A stretch of 55,224 nucleotides of DNA from Candidatus Woesearchaeota archaeon (GCA_016192945.1 JACPTE010000029.1:1-55224), one strand, 5' to 3'. Positions 19,237 through 29,469 are shown, counted from the first letter of the stretch. A program made the numbers and translations. Notes: generated by a model from the letters alone, not told the origin.

Positions 19237-21033
19237 TCATTTCTTTTTCAGCTCATTGGCAAGCTCAATAAACATAGCGCTGCTCCATGCCTGGTTTGGG
19301 CAGCCCTCTGCGCTCTGCTCCCTGGCAGAGCTGAGCTCTGAATGGCAGCCAATAGCACCCTTCCACAGGATATCATGCGTGCTTGCATCGTAAATCCTCT
19401 TGACATAGCTGCCAAACAGCCTCTTGTCAGCCCTGTGCATCACAATGGCTGAAAGGTTGTTTATCCAGAACCACGAATCGCCGCGGTGATAGCTGTTCGG
19501 GGGCTCCCCTGAATGCCTATCCATGAAGAGGGGGCTGTTCTTGTCAATGCTTGAAAGCCCTCCCCAGTCAAGCCACAGGGAATCAAGCAGGCTCCCAAAG
19601 CAGGCAGCCCATTCATCCCTGCCCAGCAATCCGGGGTAAACATAGGCTGCAATAAACGCATTCGGCCTTGGCGTGAAATCCCTTAATCCGTCAGCAAGGA
19701 TTTTCCCATTCCAGAATTCAGCCCTCACATTTCCAAGAAGCTCCTTTTCCAGCCTAGCATAATCCCTTTTTCCTGTCAGCCTGTGCAAAAGGCTGTACAT
19801 TGAAAGCTGCAGAGCCTGTATCTCAATCCTGAAGCCCTCCCGGGTATCGCCTGCAACAGCAGTATCCATCCATGTTTCAAGCGCTCGGTTGAAGATAAAG
19901 CCATCCTGCTCATAATTCCTCCTGATATTCTCAGCTGATTTCCCAAGCAAGTCTGTAGCGTGCCTTTTTTCCACGGCTGAAAGCTTATTCATAAGAAGCA
20001 AGTCCCTAATCCTGACAGATGCCCAGCCTATGCCGTCGGCAGAGCCGGAAGGGGCGGGGCCTGTCCCGCTGGAATAATTCCTCCCAAAGACATTCTTTGT
20101 CCTTCCATCATCAAGAGCGCCTTCAAGCTGCCTGAACAGAATCTTTTTTGAAAAATCAGACTTTCCAAGAAGCATCAATGCCTTGCTGCTGACTGCCTCA
20201 TCCCTGCTCCACAACTGGAAAAACCAGGGGAGCCCGGCGAGCAATCCCTCTCCAGTGCACAGCCCAAGCAGTGAGCCTGCAGCACAATTGTATGCAGTGT
20301 TTTTTCCTGCAGGCACTTTTGCCCGCTTCACAGACCTGACAAGCTTATCAAAATTCGCAAATGCGGCGTTGGCATCCCTCAGGGCAGCATCCTTGTCAGC
20401 TGAAACAGAAATGGCAATCCTGCCTGCAAGAATATTCAGGGCGTCAAAGACAAACCTTGTGCACGGAAAGCTGCTTCTCAGCCGGTCATAGCTGTAATCC
20501 CTGTAAACCCACTTTTTTACGAGGCTGCTCCTGCCATCGTGCCGTATGGCAACGAAAAAATGGTATTCCTCGTTGTCATGCCTGATGTCCTCAAGCAGGT
20601 GGGTTTTCTTGATGAACTCAACAATTATAGCCCCCCTTTCGTAATAAACCTGGTAGTTCCTTCCCCACTGCCTTGAATCGTAAGCCTCCCTGATGTCAAA
20701 TGCCAGCGAGACCAGGTATGGCTCGCTCAGCTCATACAAAAGCAAGCTTTTGTTTTCAGGAACAAAAAAGCCCTCTGCAAGGCTTCCCCTTTCCCTTTCA
20801 AAATAGCTGGAATAATCCTTAATTGAGGTTATGCTGCGGCAGTTAACAGGGCTAATGTCATCAAGAATCCTGTACATCCTGCCCTCATGGCTGTAAAACC
20901 AGCCATTATACCTGCTAACAGGCTCTTTTGACAGGTGCAGGAAGCTCCCGTTCCTGTTCGTCAGGAAAAAGCCCACATTGTCAGATACATCCATGAAACT
21001 GGCGTGCTTTCCAGAAAAGTGGAATGCCTTCAT
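19237..21033 (-). CDS. Amylo-alpha-1,6-glucosidase (glycogen debranching enzyme)
   Basis: AGLPWFFQLWSRD, ETWMD, IEIQAL, SYHRGDSWFW, QAWS. Confidence 0.88.
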   Translation of the reverse strand: MKAFHFSGKHASFMDVSDNVGFFLTNRNGSFLHLSKEPVSRYNGWFYSHEGRMYRILDDISPVNCRSITSIKDYSSYFERERGSLAEGFFVPENKSLLLYELSEPYLVSLAFDIREAYDSRQWGRNYQVYYERGAIIVEFIKKTHLLEDIRHDNEEYHFFVAIRHDGRSSLVKKWVYRDYSYDRLRSSFPCTRFVFDALNILAGRIAISVSADKDAALRDANAAFANFDKLVRSVKRAKVPAGKNTAYNCAAGSLLGLCTGEGLLAGLPWFFQLWSRDEAVSSKALMLLGKSDFSKKILFRQLEGALDDGRTKNVFGRNYSSGTGPAPSGSADGIGWASVRIRDLLLMNKLSAVEKRHATDLLGKSAENIRRNYEQDGFIFNRALETWMDTAVAGDTREGFRIEIQALQLSMYSLLHRLTGKRDYARLEKELLGNVRAEFWNGKILADGLRDFTPRPNAFIAAYVYPGLLGRDEWAACFGSLLDSLWLDWGGLSSIDKNSPLFMDRHSGEPPNSYHRGDSWFWINNLSAIVMHRADKRLFGSYVKRIYDASTHDILWKGAIGCHSELSSAREQSAEGCPNQAWSSAMFIELANELKKK

Positions 21034-21043
21034 CCAGCCAGCC

Positions 21044-21982
21044 TCACAATTCTCCCCTGTAAAACGCAGCAGCATCCTCTGGCGTCACTGAATTTATTAT
21101 TGCGTCTGTTGAAATCTCAAAGCCAGCCCATGTAGCCATCCGGGGTGTAACTTCAATGTGGGGATGCAGGCTCTCCCTGGAAGAATAATGCAGGAAAAAG
21201 TTGTAAGGGGCGTTTACAGACCTTAACCTTGCAAGGACATGCCTGAGAATATCTGAAAGTTCGCCTGTCTCAGCTTCAGAAAGCTCCTGAAAACCGCTTA
21301 TGTGCCTCTTTGGGAAAATCCATATCTCATAATTAAACCTTGAGGCGTAAGGAGTGAAGGCTACGATTGAGCCGTTCTCAAAGCATCTCCTGAAGCTTCT
21401 CTTTTCTGAATCAATTATGCTGCAGTAAGGGCATGAGCTGAAATTCCTGGATGCTGATACCTCCTCCCTTATCAGCCTTGGCGCTATGCTTATTGCCGCA
21501 ACCTGGGAGTGGGAATGGACCAGTGAAGTGCCTGCCTCCCTGCCATGGTTCTTGAAAACGCTGACATGGCTGACATCCGGAACCTTCTCCAGCTCTGCAA
21601 TCCTGCCGAAATACACCTTAAGTAGCTCAGCAACATGCTCCTTTGGCAAGTCCCACAACTGCTTGCCGTGATCCGGGGTGTCAACAATTATCTCATGCCT
21701 CCCATAAGCTGATGAGAACGTGTAAAATGTGTTATCAGTCCTTACATGGGGATTTCCTTCCTGAATCACAGCAGGGAACTTATTGGGAAACCACCGTATC
21801 TGCCACTTGTCCCTTGAGCCAACCCTTCCAATCTCCCCTGGGGTCAGGGCCTCGTTTCCAGGGCAGAAAAAGCATTCATGCCCCTCAGCAGTCTCTTCAT
21901 GCCTGAACTCCCTTGGCCTTGCCTTCCTTTCAGAGGCAAAAAAGACCCACCTGTCCAGGATATAGTCCTTCCTCAGCTCCAT
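21044..21982 (-). CDS. galT: Galactose-1-phosphate uridylyltransferase family
   Basis: ELRKD, CFFCPGNE, NKFPA, AGTSLVHSHSQ. Confidence 0.9.
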   Translation of the reverse strand: MELRKDYILDRWVFFASERKARPREFRHEETAEGHECFFCPGNEALTPGEIGRVGSRDKWQIRWFPNKFPAVIQEGNPHVRTDNTFYTFSSAYGRHEIIVDTPDHGKQLWDLPKEHVAELLKVYFGRIAELEKVPDVSHVSVFKNHGREAGTSLVHSHSQVAAISIAPRLIREEVSASRNFSSCPYCSIIDSEKRSFRRCFENGSIVAFTPYASRFNYEIWIFPKRHISGFQELSEAETGELSDILRHVLARLRSVNAPYNFFLHYSSRESLHPHIEVTPRMATWAGFEISTDAIINSVTPEDAAAFYRGEL

Positions 21983-21986
21983 AGTA

Positions 21987-23771
21987 TCACTCTTTTCCCC
22001 ATTTCTTCCTGGCGGCAAGCTTGTGCGCCTCAACATAATTCTTTATGAAATATTTCCAGTCAGCATTGCTGACAATGCGCTTGGCCTCAATCTTGTTCCT
22101 TATCCTTTCCTCCTTGCCCATCCTCGCGAACCTGTGCATCACTTCAAGAAGCTCGTCTGAAACCTGCTCATCCGAGCGGTCCAGCCTCTTTATCACGAAG
22201 ATGCCGGGCTCCTTTTTATTGTTAGTCTCTCCTGATATGTACTTTCCGAAGCCGGCGAGGTCTGTTGTAACTGAAGACACGCCAAGTGCCCCGGCTTCCA
22301 TGGGCGTATATCCCCATGGCTCGTAGAAGCTTGGGAAAACACCAAGATGGGAGCCTGCCATGGCCTCATAATAATTCAGGTCAAGAAGCCGGTCAGCCCC
22401 GGTAAGGTATATAGGGTAAAAAACAACCTTAACCCTGTCTTCCTTTGCGTTTGACAGCCCAAGATTCCTGAACATGCCCATTATTTCATCAGACTCCTCG
22501 TTAGAGAGGTCGTGTGTTGACAGGCCAGGCGAGCCCTTCCTGAAGAGCCTCATTACCTTCCTCTTGATTTCCAGCATGAGGTCCTTTCCCAGCAGCTCAT
22601 CGTCAACTATCTTTTTCTGGGCAATGCTAAGATAAAGCAGCCTCTCCTTGATTTCAAGGGTTGAGTCCTCTATGGACTCCTTTATGTCCTCGTAAAAAGT
22701 CCTGTTCTCCAGAAGGTCTGGCTTGATTCCCTTTATGTTTCCAGGAATCCAGAAAAACGCGACAATAGCCGCATCAGACTTTTCCTGCTTCAGCCTTGAG
22801 TTCAGCTTAGCCAGGGACCTTATAAAGATGTCAACGCCCTTGTCGTGAAACTCGTACCTCCCGCTCAGGAAATAGATTAGCGTGTTATCCAAGTCAAAGG
22901 TGTAGTATGGGAAAAAATAATAGGTGATGAACTCCTTTATTTTCGCCTTGAAGTGGTTGTGCCTTACAGAGGCCTCGTCAAATGTCGGGAACTTATCAAG
23001 GTTCAGCCCATTTGGAAGAATCACGTCAGGCTTCCTTCCCAGAAGCCTCTCAGCCTCAATGGCTGTAACCTCACTGACTGTGGTGAACACATCAGCATTG
23101 GATGCAGCACACTTTTCAACCTGGTGCTTTGCATTTATCCCGAGCCTATAAGCATCCTCCTCAGGATTTACCTTTAAGGATGCGCCATAAATGTTTATCC
23201 TTGAAGATGCCATTGAGCGGCCAAGAACCGTGGCATGAGTGGTAAAAACTGTCGCGGCACCTGCCTTCCTGCCCTTAAGGTAAAGAATGCCAGCCCCTGA
23301 AAGCCACTCGTGGAAATGAGCAACAATCCTGTTCTCCCTTGAAAACTGCTCAATAAGCCTTCCAACAGAGTAAGCCCACACCACAGGCTCATCAAAATCA
23401 AAATAAGCTGTGTGAAGCGAGTCAATCTTGAAATTGTTCCAAAGCTCAGCCTTGACCTCATTTGTCCTGGCAGTGAAGCCGGTAAAATCTATAAGGATGG
23501 CGTTCGCTTCAGCCTCTATAAGCCATGAGCCGTAATGGCACACTATCCCCTCTTTTTTCAACGATTCAAAAATCCCCTTCAGGAAATCAGGAGCAGGCTT
23601 TTCCTCAAACTCTCCCAGCGCCTTCTTGATGAAATAAGGGCCTATGGCAAAATACCGCTCCCCATAAGTCTCTATCATCCTGCCAGCCTTGGACTTGACA
23701 ACAGTGTAAATCCCACCAACCTTGTTGCAAACCTCCCAGGACACCTCAAAACAAAACAAGGATTCAGCCAT
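21987..23771 (-). CDS. Glycogen synthase, GT3 (eukaryote-like) family
   Basis: FEVSWEVCNKVGGIYTV, HFHEW, GRYEF, FPSFYEPWGYTP. Confidence 0.93.
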   Translation of the reverse strand: MAESLFCFEVSWEVCNKVGGIYTVVKSKAGRMIETYGERYFAIGPYFIKKALGEFEEKPAPDFLKGIFESLKKEGIVCHYGSWLIEAEANAILIDFTGFTARTNEVKAELWNNFKIDSLHTAYFDFDEPVVWAYSVGRLIEQFSRENRIVAHFHEWLSGAGILYLKGRKAGAATVFTTHATVLGRSMASSRINIYGASLKVNPEEDAYRLGINAKHQVEKCAASNADVFTTVSEVTAIEAERLLGRKPDVILPNGLNLDKFPTFDEASVRHNHFKAKIKEFITYYFFPYYTFDLDNTLIYFLSGRYEFHDKGVDIFIRSLAKLNSRLKQEKSDAAIVAFFWIPGNIKGIKPDLLENRTFYEDIKESIEDSTLEIKERLLYLSIAQKKIVDDELLGKDLMLEIKRKVMRLFRKGSPGLSTHDLSNEESDEIMGMFRNLGLSNAKEDRVKVVFYPIYLTGADRLLDLNYYEAMAGSHLGVFPSFYEPWGYTPMEAGALGVSSVTTDLAGFGKYISGETNNKKEPGIFVIKRLDRSDEQVSDELLEVMHRFARMGKEERIRNKIEAKRIVSNADWKYFIKNYVEAHKLAARKKWGKE

Positions 23772-23964
23772 GCACACTGCTTTCCAAAACAACTTTATAA
23801 ACCTTTTATACTACTTTTAAGTAGATTAAGAGTTCAGGCACTTATGGTCATAACTTGATACCATTATAGTATGAAGCTCTTGATAAAAACAAGATTTAAA
23901 TAGTGAGGTTTCAAAAGGATAATGCACTACAGCCATTGGGAATAAAAAAAGCAGGTGCATCTTT

Positions 23965-24297
23965 TTGGTGAATGCTGACAGCTCTAAATTAAAAAGGACT
24001 TTCAGAGTAATAAGAATAGCAATTCTCAGGACACTCCTGGCTGGCCAGCAGACAATAAACCAGATAGCCACAAAGACAGGCATAAACTGGAGAACTGTTG
24101 AGCTTCATCTTACTTATCTTTCTGGAAAGGGCTTTTGCAGGGAAATATTCAGCTCCCAATACGTAAGGATTTTTGAAATAACAGGGAATGGGAGGGCAAC
24201 CATTGAGAACGAGCTGAAGCTGATAAGGGAGCGCACAGTCATAGAGACTGAACAATCAGAAAACGATGAAGAGGGCATTATAAGGATGGAGCAATAG
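23965..24297 (+). CDS. Winged-helix transcription regulator
   Basis: TINQIATKTGINWRTVELHLTYL; heads the divergent glycogen operon. Confidence 0.75.
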   Translation: MVNADSSKLKRTFRVIRIAILRTLLAGQQTINQIATKTGINWRTVELHLTYLSGKGFCREIFSSQYVRIFEITGNGRATIENELKLIRERTVIETEQSENDEEGIIRMEQ

Positions 24298-24298
24298 A

Positions 24299-25486
24299 AT
24301 GAAAGTATTGATGTTTGGCTGGGAATTCCCGCCGCAAAGCACAGGCGGGCTCGGGACAGCATGCTACGGGCTTACAAAAGCCATGAGCAGGCTTGGAGTG
24401 AACATAACACTGGTCCTGCCAACAACAGAAAACATCACCCACGACTTTGTAAGGATAATAGGCGCAAACGTGAGGCTCAAGGGAATAAAATCACCCATCA
24501 GGCCATACATGACAGAGACTCAATACTCCAGGCAATACAGGAAAAGCTCATTATACGGCCAAAGCCTGTTTGATGAGGTATACAGGTATTCCATGGCTGC
24601 CGAGCAGATAGCCCGCGAGGAGGACTTTGACGTGATACACTGCCATGACTGGCTGACCTTTGAGGCAGGCATAAGGGCTAAAAGCATTGCCAACAAGCCA
24701 TTAATAGTCCATGTGCACGCAACAGAATTTGACAGGACAGGAGGGCTCAGCCTGAACAGGCACGTGTACGATGCTGAAAAAAGGGGAATGCAGGCAGCAG
24801 ACAGGGTAATTGCAGTAAGCAACTACACAAAAAACAAGATAATCTCGCATTACGGCATAATGCCTGAAAAAGTAAGCGTAGTCCACAATGCTGTTGACCA
24901 TGACAGGAGCCAGCCATCTGAGGATTCAGGACTGAAAAAGCACAGCAAGATAGTCCTGTTCCTTGGAAGGATAACCCTCCAGAAGGGGCCTGACTATTTC
25001 CTCTATGCTGCAAGCAAAATACTCCAGATAGAGCCGAACGTGAGGTTCATAATAGCCGGTTCAGGGGACATGGAGCAGTCCATAATCCAGAAGTCAGCAG
25101 AACTGGGTATATCAGACAAGGTGCTTTTCACAGGCTTTGTGAGCGGGAATGATGTCAACAGGGCATACAGCATGGCAGACGTATATGTGATGCCCTCAGT
25201 AAGCGAGCCATTCGGGATAACAGCGCTTGAAGCAATGAAAAACAACACGCCTGTAATAATATCAAGGAACTCAGGAGTCTCTGAAGTGATATCCCACTGC
25301 CTTAAAGTTGACTTCTGGGACATAAACCAGCTGGCAAACAAGATAATAGGAGTCCTGAGATACAGGGAGCTGTCAGAAACCATGAAAAACCACGCTGCCG
25401 GAGAGGTCTCAAGAATAAGCTGGTCAAACTCTGCTGAGAAATGCATAACAGAATATAACAGGGCTTTGAGAGGCGAAAATGGTTAA
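24299..25486 (+). CDS. GT4 glycosyltransferase
   Basis: GWEFPPQSTGGLG, HCHDW, PSVSEPFGITALEA. Confidence 0.92.
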   Translation: MKVLMFGWEFPPQSTGGLGTACYGLTKAMSRLGVNITLVLPTTENITHDFVRIIGANVRLKGIKSPIRPYMTETQYSRQYRKSSLYGQSLFDEVYRYSMAAEQIAREEDFDVIHCHDWLTFEAGIRAKSIANKPLIVHVHATEFDRTGGLSLNRHVYDAEKRGMQAADRVIAVSNYTKNKIISHYGIMPEKVSVVHNAVDHDRSQPSEDSGLKKHSKIVLFLGRITLQKGPDYFLYAASKILQIEPNVRFIIAGSGDMEQSIIQKSAELGISDKVLFTGFVSGNDVNRAYSMADVYVMPSVSEPFGITALEAMKNNTPVIISRNSGVSEVISHCLKVDFWDINQLANKIIGVLRYRELSETMKNHAAGEVSRISWSNSAEKCITEYNRALRGENG

Positions 25487-26690
25487 GGTATGCCTATACT
25501 TCCAGGTCCACCAGCCATACAGGCTCAGGAACTACACTGTATTTGACATAGGCAACACAAGCAACTATTTTGATGACGAGAAAAACGCGAATGTGCTGAA
25601 AAGGGTTGCCAGAAAATGCTACCTTCCAGCCAACCAGGTCATCATGGAGCTCCTTGAAAAGCACCCTGAATTCAGGGCGAGCTTCTCAATGTCAGGAACA
25701 GTCCTTGAGCAGATGGAAAGGCACTCGCCAGAGGCACTGGAGTCATTCAAGAGCCTTGTAAGGACAAAACGAGTAGAGCTTCTTGATGAGACCTATTTCC
25801 ACTCGCTTGCATTCATATACTCAAAAAACGAGTTTAAGGAGCAAGTAAGGCTGCACAACCAGAAAATGCAGAAGCTATTCGGATACAAGCCAAGAGTCTT
25901 CAGGAACACTGAGCTGATATACAACAATGAGATGGCAGGCTTCATTGAAAAAATGGGGTATGATGGCGTGCTGGCAGAGGGTGCAGACCACATACTCGGA
26001 TGGAGAAGCCCCAACTTCGTGTACAAGCCCAAGTCAGCCAACAGGCTAAAGCTGCTGCTCAAGAACTACAAGCTTTCTGATGACATAGCATTCAGGTTCT
26101 CTGAAAGAAGCTGGCAGGAATGGCCCCTCACAGCAGACAAGTTCAGCTCGTGGATAAGCGCGGTGAATGGCAACGGGGTTTGCGTGAACCTGTTCATGGA
26201 CTATGAGACCTTCGGAGAGCACCAGTGGGATGAGACCGGGATATTTGAATTCCTCAGGCACATGCCCGGCGAAATCCTTAAGCACAAGGACAACTCATTC
26301 AGGACGCCCTCAGAGCTGGTGAAAGAGCACGAGCCAGCAGGGGAACTGGACATACACAACATGATTTCATGGGCTGATGTGGAGCGGGACATAAGCGCAT
26401 GGACAGGGAACAGCATGCAGCAGGCAGCCATAAGTGAGCTATACAGGCTGGAAAGCGAGATAAAAGCCAGCAAGGACAATTCTCTGCTGGAAGACTGGCG
26501 AAGGCTCCAGACAAGCGACAACTTCTACTACATGTGCACAAAATGGTTCTCTGACGGCGACGTGCACAAGTACTTCAACCCCTATGAAAGCCCTTATGAC
26601 GCTTTCATCTCCTTCATGAACATAATAAACGACATCAAGATAAGGGTGAAGAGGTGCCAAACCACAAAAAATAAAAACAAGGATGATTAA
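25479..26690 (+). CDS. GH57 alpha-amylase
   Basis: FQVHQP, FRNTELIY, MDYETFGEH, LQTSD. Confidence 0.93.
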   Translation: MVKVCLYFQVHQPYRLRNYTVFDIGNTSNYFDDEKNANVLKRVARKCYLPANQVIMELLEKHPEFRASFSMSGTVLEQMERHSPEALESFKSLVRTKRVELLDETYFHSLAFIYSKNEFKEQVRLHNQKMQKLFGYKPRVFRNTELIYNNEMAGFIEKMGYDGVLAEGADHILGWRSPNFVYKPKSANRLKLLLKNYKLSDDIAFRFSERSWQEWPLTADKFSSWISAVNGNGVCVNLFMDYETFGEHQWDETGIFEFLRHMPGEILKHKDNSFRTPSELVKEHEPAGELDIHNMISWADVERDISAWTGNSMQQAAISELYRLESEIKASKDNSLLEDWRRLQTSDNFYYMCTKWFSDGDVHKYFNPYESPYDAFISFMNIINDIKIRVKRCQTTKNKNKDD

Positions 26691-26710
26691 GACAAAAAAA
26701 GGTGATAGAA

Positions 26711-27019
26711 ATGCCAAAAAGAATCAATACTGAGGATGCAAAGCGAATACTTTCAGACTGCACACCAGACAAGTGCTTCTGGGTGAATCAGGGCCCAATA
26801 CTGAGAAACCTGAACGAGCTTTCTGATGCTCTTAAGGGAATAAACGACGAGCAGTTCACCCACCATCTCAACAAGGACAAAAACGACTTTTCAAAATGGG
26901 TAAATGACGTTTTCGGCGATGAGGAACTGGCAAAAGCCCTCTCAAGGGTGAGCACAAAGACAGCTGCAATCAAGAAAATCAACGAAAGGATAGAATCATT
27001 AAAAAAAGTAGCTGCATAA
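26711..27019 (+). CDS. DUF5752-like small protein of glycogen clusters
   Basis: FWVNQGPILRNLNEL, KNDFSKWV. Confidence 0.7.
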   Translation: MPKRINTEDAKRILSDCTPDKCFWVNQGPILRNLNELSDALKGINDEQFTHHLNKDKNDFSKWVNDVFGDEELAKALSRVSTKTAAIKKINERIESLKKVAA

Positions 27020-27057
27020 TGAGTCCTGAAGACAGCTGCAATCAAGAAAATCAACGA
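26957..27057 (+). repeat. 29-bp exact direct repeat
   Basis: AAGACAGCTGCAATCAAGAAAATCAACGA at 26957-26985 and 27029-27057. Confidence 0.9.
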
Positions 27058-27070
27058 CAGGAGACTAAAA

Positions 27071-27304
27071 ATGGATAAAATAAGCTTTAGGGATTTTTTA
27101 TTTAGATTTGCAAGTGAAGGGCAAAGAAGATATGAACTCACAACAGCCGCCATGAAATTTGGCTTGGTGAGGGCGCTTGAAGTAAGGGAAGCCTGCGAAA
27201 TTTCCAGCTCACAGCAGGTAGCAGAACTGATGGACAGAGGGGATTGGAAAACAATCAAGGAATGGTCCAACGCCCAGCGAAAAAAAGTCAGCGGCCTCAA
27301 ATAA
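27071..27304 (+). CDS. Hypothetical protein
   Basis: AGGAG ribosome site, 77-aa ORF. Confidence 0.5.
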   Translation: MDKISFRDFLFRFASEGQRRYELTTAAMKFGLVRALEVREACEISSSQQVAELMDRGDWKTIKEWSNAQRKKVSGLK

Positions 27305-27387
27305 ATATTGATATGATATTAGAAAGTTGCTGCTTAAAACAAAAATAAAAAAAGAAAAAGCTAAAAACCTAGAATAATGAAGCTCAA

Positions 27388-27552
27388 CTAGTAGTTTGAC
27401 TTCTTCTTCTGGTAGCAATCCCTGCAGTAAACCGGTCTGCCTTCTGAAGGCTTGAACGGAACCTGGGTGTCTGCACCGCAGTCAGAACACTTTGCTGGAT
27501 GCATTTCTCTCTGCTGGAAGCCTCCGCCTCCGCCTCTTCCACCGAATCCCAT
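27388..27552 (-). CDS. CxxC-x17-CxxC domain protein (54 aa)
   Basis: MGFGGRGGGGGFQQREMHPAKCSDCGADTQVPFKPSEGRPVYCRDCY; different frame from the listed ORF 27384..27653. Confidence 0.9.
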   Translation of the reverse strand: MGFGGRGGGGGFQQREMHPAKCSDCGADTQVPFKPSEGRPVYCRDCYQKKKSNY

Positions 27553-27776
27553 CTTACTTTCCTCCTAAATCTTTTATCACAGCACAACACAGTTAAACTG
27601 CGCTGCGCAATTGCTTTATAAGAACAAGCACTAAACTTCTGCTTATAAAACAACTATTTTTCAGGAGTTTTGCCCAATATATAAATTTTGTGAAATCAGG
27701 CTACATTTGCCGTAAATTCAGAAAAGCTTTATTAACCATCCAGACAAACAACAAAGAACCATCCCGGATTACTAAA

Positions 27777-28064
27777 ATGATTGAGAAGAAACAAGTAATA
27801 GAAGCCCTGAAGGCGTGCTTTGACCCCGAACTTCAGGTAGATGTATGGACACTGGGCCTGATTTATGATATAAGCCTGTCTGGTGGCAAGGTAAGCATCA
27901 AAATGACGCTTACAACACCATTCTGCCCCTATGGGCCCCAGCTGATTGAGGAGATTGAGCAAAAAGTGAAGGGAATAGATGGCGTAATAGAAGTCTCCAT
28001 AGAGCTTGTTTTTGAGCCTTCATGGCAGCCATCTGACGAGTTAAGGGCTATGCTCGGAGTATGA
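27777..28064 (+). CDS. Metal-sulfur cluster assembly factor (DUF59/SufT-like)
   Basis: DPELQVDVWTLGLIYDI, MTLTTPFCP. Confidence 0.92.
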   Translation: MIEKKQVIEALKACFDPELQVDVWTLGLIYDISLSGGKVSIKMTLTTPFCPYGPQLIEEIEQKVKGIDGVIEVSIELVFEPSWQPSDELRAMLGV

Positions 28065-28404
28065 TTCTATTCCACAGTAATTCATCTTTTATCAGACTAG
28101 TGTGGTAAAAAGTATATTTTCTAGTTTAGAAATGTTTAAATAGTTCATGCTTGATTATAAATGCAAATTTTAAAAAAATAGAAGTTGTTAGCACTAAAAT
28201 TGGTTAAAACCTGTTTTGTTGGCGCAAAACGGTTTTAGTTGTTTAGTTCATTGGAAACATATACACTTGTTGGCGCAAGTGACTTGTTCTGAAGGAAGTA
28301 TATGCAGTAGCACCTATTTAAACATTTCTATGTTTAAATGGTTGTTTGCTAAAATATACTTTAAAGAATATAAAAAACCTTTTCAAAAAAGGGGGTTGGG
28401 CAAA

Positions 28405-29469
28405 ATGGACTTTATCGTGGAAGATGCATTGAAGGCCGCTGAAGAGCACAAGTTTGGCGGTGGCGTGATAGGACAGGCAAACATAAAGGTGATGGGCGTT
28501 GGAGGAGGAGGCAACAACATGGTTTCCTGGCTCCACAGGAAGTCAGTCAAGGGAGCGGAAATACTCGCCTGCAACACAGACAAGCAGCACCTTGAAATTT
28601 CTTCTGCTGACAAAAAATTCCTTATAGGAAAAGACCTGACAAGAGGCTTGGGATGCGGCGGATTCCCTGAAAGAGGAGCTGAAGCTGCAAAAGAAGCGCT
28701 GCAGGACATAAAAGAGGCTCTCAGAGAGTCAGACATGGTATTCGTATGCGCAGGGCTGGGAGGCGGAACAGGAACAGGAGCTGCACCAGTCGTTGCAAAG
28801 GTAGCAAAAGAGACTGGCGCAATAGTAATAGGCACAGTCACAATGCCATTCAAGATTGAAAGGGCCAGGATTGACAAGGCAGAATTCGGACTAAGCCAGC
28901 TAAGGCAGGTATCTGACACTGTCATAGTCATAGACAACAACAGGCTGGTACAGATTGCAGGAAACCTGCAGGCATTTGCAGTTGCAAACGAGCTGGTCTC
29001 AACCATGATAAAGGGAATTGTGGAAACAATAGCTGTACCCTCCCTTGTCAACCTTGACTACGCAGACGTAAAGGCAATAATGACAAACGGAGGCGTAGCG
29101 GCAATAGGCGTCGGAAGCTCTGACACAAACAACAGAGTGGAAGAGGCAGTACAGGGAGCATTGAGCAACCCCCTGCTGGACATCAGCTACAAGGGAGCAA
29201 CAGGAGCCCTGATACACGTTTCCGGCGGGCCAGATATGACGCTTGACGAAATCAACAGGATAGGCGAACTCGTCACAGAAAGCCTTGACGACGATGCGAA
29301 CGTCATCTGGGGAGCGAGGGTATCCGAGAACATGAAGGGCAAGATAACAGTGATGACAATAATAACAGGCGTAAAGAGCCCGTGGATACTTGGAAAGCTT
29401 GACAGGAGGCAGCAGACAGTCAAGAACCGCGAATACGAGGACGAGCTCGGCATAGAGGTGATTAACTAA
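28405..29469 (+). CDS. ftsZ: Cell division protein FtsZ
   Basis: GVGGGGNN, GLGGGTGTG, NLDYADV, VIWGAR. Confidence 0.97.
   Translation: MDFIVEDALKAAEEHKFGGGVIGQANIKVMGVGGGGNNMVSWLHRKSVKGAEILACNTDKQHLEISSADKKFLIGKDLTRGLGCGGFPERGAEAAKEALQDIKEALRESDMVFVCAGLGGGTGTGAAPVVAKVAKETGAIVIGTVTMPFKIERARIDKAEFGLSQLRQVSDTVIVIDNNRLVQIAGNLQAFAVANELVSTMIKGIVETIAVPSLVNLDYADVKAIMTNGGVAAIGVGSSDTNNRVEEAVQGALSNPLLDISYKGATGALIHVSGGPDMTLDEINRIGELVTESLDDDANVIWGARVSENMKGKITVMTIITGVKSPWILGKLDRRQQTVKNREYEDELGIEVIN

Noticed and set aside
27384-27653. 89-aa ORF from the track
   Set aside because: Shadow frame of the CxxC-x17-CxxC gene.
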